DNA of 64,000 bases, from IMG/VR virus record IMGVR_UViG_3300005512_005684, positions 231,003 through 295,002 of that record, one strand, 5' to 3'. The notes under the pieces were generated by a model, which had not been told where the DNA came from, searched no databases, and worked only from the letters and a program-made list of their open reading frames with translations. The stretch's first letter is position 1, and each line of letters opens with the position of its first letter. Below are positions 6,538 through 12,539 of the stretch, in pieces. Origin of the DNA: a virus (Duplodnaviria > Heunggongvirae > Uroviricota > Caudoviricetes). The translations under genes were made by a program, and so were the position numbers.

Positions 6538-6673
6538 TTTGAGGGGACTATGGGAGAGGTTCTGAGAACATCAGCTTCACACGCTGAGAGTATGGGTTCG
6601 ATTCCCATTACGTCCACCAACATAGGACGCATAGTTCAATTGGTTTAATACCTGTCTCGCTTTTCCCCTCAAA
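6538..6673 (+). ncRNA. Clamp-RNA copy D enclosing a circularly permuted tRNA-Val(CAC)
   Basis: TTTGAGGGGA/TCCCCTCAAA, CTAT/GCTTT loop, GGGAGAGGT/ACCTGTCTC, TCTGAG; tRNA 3' part (6565-6619) precedes 5' part (6625-6646). Confidence 0.75.
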
Positions 6674-6781
6674 GCTCTTTCATGGGAGGCTCGGATGCTA
6701 GTTGGAAGGCCGACCCATAGCTCCGAGTCTCCCTTATTTTGAGCCTGGTGGTTGCGAGTTTGAGTCTCGCCAGGGTCATAC

Positions 6782-6854
6782 GGGCGACTAACTCAGCGGC
6801 TAGAGTGCTTGTCTTACACACAAGTGGCCGGAGGTTCAAATCCTCCGTCGCCCA
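6782..6854 (+). tRNA. tRNA-Val(TAC)
   Basis: GGGCGAC/GTCGCCC, CTTGT-CTTACAC-ACAAG, GGAGG-TTCAAAT-CCTCC, A73. Confidence 0.93.
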
Positions 6855-6886
6855 TGAGTCGATGACATTGGGAACAACAGGAGGTA

Positions 6887-7741
6887 ATGATGGAACAGCA
6901 AGAGGTACTCACAAGAGCCTTCGAGAAAATCGGAGCACAAGTGGACGTGACTCCGCGGTCACGGCTTACTGGTCGTGCGTCGGTACGTGCACGTCAGAAC
7001 GCACAAGCCGTCCGTCTGGACGTTGCGAACCGTGGCAAGCGGGGGGAAGTCTTTGACGTTGTTCTGAATGACGAAGACGGGCTTGGTGTCCAGGTGAGCG
7101 TACCGGACATCGACCGGAAGGATCGCCACCTCTTGCTCGTGGTTAAGTCTCAGGGGGCACGACAGGGTATGCCGCAGACGACCGAGAAATTCCTTTGCGG
7201 TCACGACGAGCGTCAATGGTTTGTGGCCGGTGTCAAGAATGCCGGTGTGCGTGACGTGCGTTCGGCCAAGGAATCTTTGAAGCCGGGCTATGCAGCGGAA
7301 TCCCAGAGCAGAGCCAAGGTAAGAAAGAAAGATCGAAACCGTCGGAAGAACAAAGGCTTCAAGAGACAGGGAGAGTTTTTCTTTGTGCCGGAGCCGAGTT
7401 TCAAGCCGGACGAAAAACTCTTGCTTCGGAATGAACCGATGCAACGGGGAAGTGCCGGGAGTAAGCCGCACATGGCCGAGTTGCTTGTGCGTATGGGTGG
7501 TGAGACGGTACACGTGTCACCTGCTTATCCGAACGGTCTTACTCAGGCTTCGTACGACAGGCTTGTCAAGGAAAATCCGAATGCGAGACGTTGGGCGTGG
7601 CGAACTATGAGACGCGATGCGACCGCGTATGTGAAAGGCAAGGTGCGACACTCGGATCACAAGACACTCGTGCTGAAGGAATGGCACCGGGTGCAAATCA
7701 GTGAGGAAGAGACAACTAGCAGTGTCGCGTTCCTCGACTAG
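6887..7741 (+). CDS. Conserved hypothetical protein inside the RNA array (RQG[DE] ... HxDH motif, basic)
   Basis: AGGAGG RBS; FLCGHDERQWFV, RQGEFFFVP, VRHSDHKTL motifs. Confidence 0.8.
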   Translation: MMEQQEVLTRAFEKIGAQVDVTPRSRLTGRASVRARQNAQAVRLDVANRGKRGEVFDVVLNDEDGLGVQVSVPDIDRKDRHLLLVVKSQGARQGMPQTTEKFLCGHDERQWFVAGVKNAGVRDVRSAKESLKPGYAAESQSRAKVRKKDRNRRKNKGFKRQGEFFFVPEPSFKPDEKLLLRNEPMQRGSAGSKPHMAELLVRMGGETVHVSPAYPNGLTQASYDRLVKENPNARRWAWRTMRRDATAYVKGKVRHSDHKTLVLKEWHRVQISEEETTSSVAFLD

Positions 7742-7755
7742 AATGAGCCGGTCAC

Positions 7756-7828
7756 GGGAGACTAGCTCAACTGGTAGAGCATCGAACCGATAATTCGAGG
7801 GTTGCTGGTTCGAGTCCAGCGTTTCCCA
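7756..7828 (+). tRNA. tRNA-Ile(GAT) with C33
   Basis: GGGAGAC/GTTTCCC, TCGAA-CCGATAA-TTCGA, GCTGG-TTCGAGT-CCAGC. Confidence 0.88.
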
Positions 7829-7832
7829 TACA

Positions 7833-7970
7833 GCGAGCGTGGCGTAATTGGTAACCGCGTATACCGTAATTCCTAGCACGCCTGGTTGGGTAGGTCGGAT
7901 CCGAAGACTCTATGGCGTGGAGTCAGGCGAAAGTCAATTAGGGTTGCTGGTTCGATTCCAGCCGCTCGCG
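7833..7970 (+). ncRNA. tRNA-framed RNA whose anticodon/variable region is replaced by a ~85-nt domain
   Basis: GCGAGCG/CGCTCGC acceptor, GCG-TAATTGGTAAC-CGC D arm, GCTGG-TTCGATT-CCAGC T arm, inner CACGCC/GGCGTG and CCTAG/TTAGG stems. Confidence 0.7.
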
Positions 7971-7975
7971 ACTTT

Positions 7976-8050
7976 AGGGTCGCAGCAAGTGGGTGTTGCG
8001 GTCGGTCTCCAAAACCGATGTCTTAGAGGGTTCGATTCTCTCCGGCCCTG
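7976..8050 (+). tRNA. tRNA-Trp(CCA)
   Basis: AGGGTCG/CGGCCCT, TCGGT-CTCCAAA-ACCGA, G73. Confidence 0.85.
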
Positions 8051-8097
8051 CTCGGATTGTGGTTGTTTTTGGTATTTCAAGACAGGAGGAAGCAGCC

Positions 8098-9561
8098 ATG
8101 CGAGGAATGGTAGATTATCTCACGGCTGCGTGCGCGGGCACCGGCCAGGCCACCATGTACAACACGAGGGAAGAACAGGACGCCGCATTGGCCGTGGTTC
8201 ACGGTGAAGCTCTCAAGGCCAGTCGCCGGTTCTATGCCTTGTCTGCGGTGTTGCCCATGAACGACCGGAGCAAGCAATTGACCATGATCAACTTGCTGCG
8301 GACGGGTCAGTCTCTCGTACACCTGGACGAAGACGAGTGCGAGACGGAGATCATGATCGAGGAAAACGTCTTCAAGTACTTGCTGGAGACGATGCCTTTT
8401 AACAGGGTCCTCGACCTCTTCGTCATGCTGCGAGAGGCCAAGGTGAACAATAGCCGTACGCGCCGGTTCGCTCGTATGGTCTGGGAGGAAGTGGACGCGT
8501 ACCGGGCAATCAAGTATCCGACGAAGCTGCGTGCGCTTTTGCGCCACGGCCACGTGCCGGAGAAAGGTGTCCCGGAGAGACGAGAACTCCATGCGTTCTT
8601 GTTCGGTCGGATCAAGAAAGCGTCGGATGTGAAGCATTGCGCGTTGCTAAAGGATCGTTTCCGAGCGCGTAAGACTTACGAAGCGTTGTTCGCGTTGCCG
8701 TATGACATTGCCGTTGATCTGGCGGTAGGTTTCCACGGGAAGACCGCAGAGGACTTCAAGCGAGAATACTCCAGTCACGGTAAGGCAACCCGGAAGGAAA
8801 AACTCCGGGCACGACAGACCGCGAAGGCTGCGGTGGACTTCAACAACTACTCGTTGCTGGAGTTGCTGCGGCACTTGTACCAGCATGAAGATGATCTGGA
8901 CGCGGCTCGTGACGTGCTTGACCGGAAAGCGTCCAAGGTTGCGGGAGGGATTATTCTCCCGGAGAAAACGGCCTTGGTCGTGGACAACAGTTACAGTGCA
9001 ATCGGAAGTGGAGAACGGAAGTTCCATTCGTTGTCAGTCATCGAAGCTCTGACTCGCATTTTCTTCGCCGCGGATGGTGAAGGGTGTGAGGTTAAGGCAT
9101 TCACCGTTGGCCCCGAGGTTGATGGTGGTTTGATGCGAGCCGCAGGTGCGACGGAGATTAGACGCCCGCTGGCGGAAGCGTTAGTGTGGCGACCGAACGT
9201 CGTACTGATCCTCTCGGACGGGTACGAGAACATGAGCGCTGGAAGTGCGGCGCAGGTTCTCAATACTCGTGCGGTGCGGGATAGTGGAATCAGTGTGATC
9301 CATCTGAACCCGGTTGTGTCCTTTGAGAAACGTGAGGGTACTGGCGTCGTTCGCCAGATTGCTGACAGAGCGCCGTCTCTGGTTCTGACGGCTCCAGAGC
9401 AACTGCCGATGGTTTACCTCCTCGGTCGCGCTCATAGTGACCCTCGTTTCCTGGAGGAGTTTTTCGTAGGTGTCGAGAGAGCCGTTGTGAGTGGAGGAAC
9501 CGACGATGTTAAGAGACTTACTCAGGGGCTTAGAGGCTTGCCCGCCCCAGTCAGTGGGTAA
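8098..9561 (+). CDS. Helical-repeat plus C-terminal vWA protein (TROVE/Ro60-like architecture)
   Basis: AGGAGG RBS; long basic helical N-terminus; MIDAS motif LVVDNSYS, GATEI, LILSDGYEN. Confidence 0.7.
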   Translation: MRGMVDYLTAACAGTGQATMYNTREEQDAALAVVHGEALKASRRFYALSAVLPMNDRSKQLTMINLLRTGQSLVHLDEDECETEIMIEENVFKYLLETMPFNRVLDLFVMLREAKVNNSRTRRFARMVWEEVDAYRAIKYPTKLRALLRHGHVPEKGVPERRELHAFLFGRIKKASDVKHCALLKDRFRARKTYEALFALPYDIAVDLAVGFHGKTAEDFKREYSSHGKATRKEKLRARQTAKAAVDFNNYSLLELLRHLYQHEDDLDAARDVLDRKASKVAGGIILPEKTALVVDNSYSAIGSGERKFHSLSVIEALTRIFFAADGEGCEVKAFTVGPEVDGGLMRAAGATEIRRPLAEALVWRPNVVLILSDGYENMSAGSAAQVLNTRAVRDSGISVIHLNPVVSFEKREGTGVVRQIADRAPSLVLTAPEQLPMVYLLGRAHSDPRFLEEFFVGVERAVVSGGTDDVKRLTQGLRGLPAPVSG

Positions 9562-10513
9562 CATGGTCGTGGTGCCGATCATCGGTGCCGAGACAGAGTT
9601 CCGAAACGTCGGTCATGTTGGCGACGTGCAACTGCGCGAAGATGTCAGCTATGAGTCGATGCGCTTCGGCACGGACTCTCGGCACGTAACGATTGTGCCC
9701 CAGGGACTCGTGTGTCTCACGAAGGAAAGCGCGCAGGACCGCGTGCTTCCGTCCGCACACCTCTTGCAGGGGAAGGAAGGGAAGCAACTTCACACGTTCT
9801 GCGTTCAGTCGAGCCAATGCGGTCTCATGCGTAAGGACAGGGAAGAGGAACGGCAGTTCCGATTGCTTCCTGCGAGTTTGCGACTCAAGGCGTACCGTAA
9901 CCGGGACACCGCAGGGTACTCCGCGTTGTGGGAAGACTTGAGAGCATTCAATACGTCCACGGGTGCGACCGAACGTGGTAGCCAAGGGGAAGACTTCCTC
10001 GTCAATTTCTTCAGGAAGTTCGACGAACAGATCGCCGAGTTCGTTGCGGAGTTCGAGCCGGTCGAAGGCCAGCGGGGAGCTATCGTCCTCGTGAATGGCT
10101 CCGTGGTCGGTGTGGAAGTCATGCCCAACCGGGAGACCTTCCTGGATATGTGGCAGTACCTTATTCGAGACTGCTACGGCTCGGAAGCTCTGGCAAGGAT
10201 CGACAAGGCTAAGCCGGAGCGAGCGTTTGTCCTTGAAGACGTTGGTGACCTCGATCAGTTGGTCGGTGCCGTTGACCGGTTGGCTGAGAAAGAGCAGGCT
10301 TGGGCAGAGGAAGTGGCCGAGTCTGTTCTGAGTGAGGGAGTCGAACTTCAGTCCGCGGAGGCAGAGGGTGCATTCTCTCTCCATAACGTGGACATGCCTG
10401 GCTATGATGGCCAGTTGGTCAAGAAAGAGGAAGATACTATTTTCCTGTCTCTCTTGGCAAAGGAGGCCGGACGCCGTGGATTTCGACGTGCAACGCGCAC
10501 CAGTCGGAACTAG
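9506..10513 (+). CDS. ARPP-family (DUF6569-like) protein
   Basis: GNMVVVPI...AQDRVL...FCVQ and FEPVEGQRGAIVLVNG..VGVE...W..LI..CYG match my recollection of ARPP-1/2 motifs; overlaps the vWA gene. Confidence 0.6.
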   Translation: MLRDLLRGLEACPPQSVGNMVVVPIIGAETEFRNVGHVGDVQLREDVSYESMRFGTDSRHVTIVPQGLVCLTKESAQDRVLPSAHLLQGKEGKQLHTFCVQSSQCGLMRKDREEERQFRLLPASLRLKAYRNRDTAGYSALWEDLRAFNTSTGATERGSQGEDFLVNFFRKFDEQIAEFVAEFEPVEGQRGAIVLVNGSVVGVEVMPNRETFLDMWQYLIRDCYGSEALARIDKAKPERAFVLEDVGDLDQLVGAVDRLAEKEQAWAEEVAESVLSEGVELQSAEAEGAFSLHNVDMPGYDGQLVKKEEDTIFLSLLAKEAGRRGFRRATRTSRN

Positions 10514-10534
10514 CATCCGACAGAGTTGAAAGTT

Positions 10535-10585
10535 AGGGGGAGCGTCTTGGTTCTAACGGACCTTGGCGCTCCCCCTTTTTTGTTT
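10535..10585 (+). terminator. Rho-independent terminator ending the RNA array-vWA-ARPP unit
   Basis: AGGGGGAGCGTC/GGCGCTCCCCCT stem followed by T tract. Confidence 0.85.
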
Positions 10586-10589
10586 CTAA

Positions 10590-10868
10590 ATGGTCAATGT
10601 TATGGGTTACCCGTTCGATCAAGAATCAGTTGAGTTGCGACCGGCCTTCGTGTGGATGTGCCCGGAGTGTGGAAAAGAATTCTTTGAGAAAGGGATCGTG
10701 ATCGAGTTCCCAGAGGGTTCGGACTACGACCCGGAGGATGAACCTGGCTGGCTTGAAGGACCTGAAGTGGTGCATTGTCCCGATTGTGACAGGGAGTTTG
10801 ATACGGTAGGATTCAACGAGTCTCAGGATGATGTTGAAGAGGGGCTAGAGCATAATGAAGACGATTGA
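10590..10868 (+). CDS. Small acidic zinc-ribbon protein
   Basis: CPEC...CPDC pairs. Confidence 0.7.
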   Translation: MVNVMGYPFDQESVELRPAFVWMCPECGKEFFEKGIVIEFPEGSDYDPEDEPGWLEGPEVVHCPDCDREFDTVGFNESQDDVEEGLEHNEDD

Positions 10869-11229
10869 AGTCCGCGTGTGGGTCCGGGAAGTACCGTCGG
10901 ATCGGGAATGGGTGGAAAAGCTGCCGATTAAGGTCGGTTCGTGCGAGCGTAGTGCGGTCAAGGCTGCGATCAAGACTACGCTTCGAGAGTTCAATGTCGA
11001 AGAGAAAGTCAGGTATGGCGAAGATGCTCCCCAAAGGAAGCTAGTTGCATTTCGGTGGAAGGAAGTGCAAGATACGGATCATGACTGGGAAAAGGCGTCA
11101 CTTGTGACTGAGGCTGGAGGATACGACCGTTACCGTTGTGTCCGTTGTGGAGCGAAGGGAAAGCGATATGGTGTGGAAGAAACGGTGAGGCCAGACAGAA
11201 AGAACCAGTTGGAGTGCATGGGGAAATAG
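10855..11229 (+). CDS. Hypothetical protein with C-terminal Zn-binding motif
   Basis: HDW...CVRC...C; overlaps upstream stop. Confidence 0.65.
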   Translation: MKTIEVRVWVREVPSDREWVEKLPIKVGSCERSAVKAAIKTTLREFNVEEKVRYGEDAPQRKLVAFRWKEVQDTDHDWEKASLVTEAGGYDRYRCVRCGAKGKRYGVEETVRPDRKNQLECMGK

Positions 11230-11292
11230 CTTCGGGTGTTGCAGTTGAATTATCTGGTCTTATTTAAGATTTTGTTCACACCTATTTCGTCT

Positions 11293-11751
11293 ATGAAAGA
11301 GAACAAGGTCAACGGACTCAGAATCGTTCGCAAGTTTCGAGAGATCGGTGCGCGCGTGGACATTGACAAGTTCCCGTCTCCGTTCGCTGAGAAATGGAGC
11401 GATAGGCCGGTGCCGAATCGTGTATCGGTTCTTAGAGACCGTGACGGGTTGATCTTCGATGTTTTGATCAATCCATCGGAAACGACGAGCATGGAGGCTA
11501 CAGTGAACCATGAGAGTCGTACCTTGTTGCTTTCGATAGGGAAGGTGAGTGGCGGTCAAGATCGCTACTTGTGTTGTGTTCGGTCAACGCGATATTATCT
11601 AAGACCATTGGTTGACGGTATGCACCCAGACCTGAGTAAGGGCGCAGCCTTGTTCGAGCCTCACATGGGCGTCGGCAATAGGTTGCCAAAGGGTGCGAAT
11701 CCACCGGGGCGTTCAGTGTTGAAAAGTCCCGAGAGTGTTCACTCTGTCTGA
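11293..11751 (+). CDS. Hypothetical protein, truncated paralog of the N-terminal domain of 6887-7741
   Basis: KFREIGARVDI / AFEKIGAQVDV, IFDVLIN / VFDVVLN, RTLLLSI / RHLLLVV, RYLC / KFLC. Confidence 0.6.
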   Translation: MKENKVNGLRIVRKFREIGARVDIDKFPSPFAEKWSDRPVPNRVSVLRDRDGLIFDVLINPSETTSMEATVNHESRTLLLSIGKVSGGQDRYLCCVRSTRYYLRPLVDGMHPDLSKGAALFEPHMGVGNRLPKGANPPGRSVLKSPESVHSV

Positions 11752-11767
11752 TTGTTCATAGGAGGGA

Positions 11768-12139
11768 ATGACGATGCTCGCCCAACTGATTCGAGCGGGA
11801 AAGATCAAAGTCGAGAAAGGCTTCCTGGGAATCGGAACTCAGGATGTTGCTGGAGATGTGAAGGTTGTACACGTCGAGCGTGATTATCCCGGCTTCCTCG
11901 GCGGTGTTCGTGTCGGTGACCGTGTTATGACGTTCGATGGTAAACCGCTTAAGACTTCGGCGGAGTTCAACGATGCCGTGGATGCGATTACGCCTGGTAC
12001 GAAGAAAGGTCTCGAAGTCGAGAGACCTATTCGCCGTCGTAAAGGAGAGAAAGGAGAGGTGACAGAGACCGGGGAAAAGATTGCTCTTGAAGTGATCATT
12101 GGCGGCTTCCAGACGACTTCGGAAGTGGTCATGTCGTAG
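11768..12139 (+). CDS. Stand-alone PDZ domain protein
   Basis: GFLGI carboxylate-binding loop, GVRVGDRVMTFDGKP. Confidence 0.8.
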   Translation: MTMLAQLIRAGKIKVEKGFLGIGTQDVAGDVKVVHVERDYPGFLGGVRVGDRVMTFDGKPLKTSAEFNDAVDAITPGTKKGLEVERPIRRRKGEKGEVTETGEKIALEVIIGGFQTTSEVVMS

Positions 12140-12223
12140 TAGAGGGGTGGGTATTCTCTCAGGTGATCGCGTACGAGCAGGTGCCACAAAATAGAATTGG
12201 GGAAAGAGTTGATGACAGGAGAT

Positions 12224-12257
12224 AAGCCCTGGAACCACGTGGTTCCAGGGCTTTTTC
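12224..12257 (+). terminator. Rho-independent terminator
   Basis: Perfect inverted repeat AAGCCCTGGAACCAC/GTGGTTCCAGGGCTT followed by Ts. Confidence 0.8.
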
Positions 12258-12539
12258 CGTCTTAGGATCGGTTTGCAAGTTTGCGTCAGGTCTGGGATCA
12301 TAATCTTTTTCTAGCCCGCCAACGGAGACTGGTGAGAGCAAAGACTCGGAACGAAAATGAGGGCAACGAGGTAGGACGTGAGGGACTCTTGAATCGAAAA
12401 CGATAGCGAGTGGTTACCATGAACTCGACGGAGTTCATGTGGGTGTCTTGCGCTCATTACCGGCAGATTAAGACTAAGATTAAGACACCGGAACACACCG
12501 AATGTTTCTTAGAAACTCAGCGTGTATTGGGAGAGGGAA

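Noticed and set aside
3332-6673. CRISPR array explanation for the repeated motifs
   Set aside because: Copies are irregularly spaced, conserve pairing rather than sequence, and no cas genes are in the window.
6684-6733. SRP (4.5S) RNA
   Set aside because: Long hairpin, but it lacks the CAGG/GGAA/AGCA domain IV motif.
3464-7056. Short ORFs across the RNA array
   Set aside because: They overlap tRNAs or structured RNAs, lack RBS and have no protein-like features; only 4290-4532 and 6887-7741 were kept. A 46-aa ORF near 6107-6247 is unresolved.
12310-12530. Cobalamin riboswitch or NrdR box upstream of nrdJ
   Set aside because: No B12-box or GGGAA...GCCCCC...ACTGT pattern and no NrdR palindrome; only a short AGATTAAGAC direct repeat and a hairpin.
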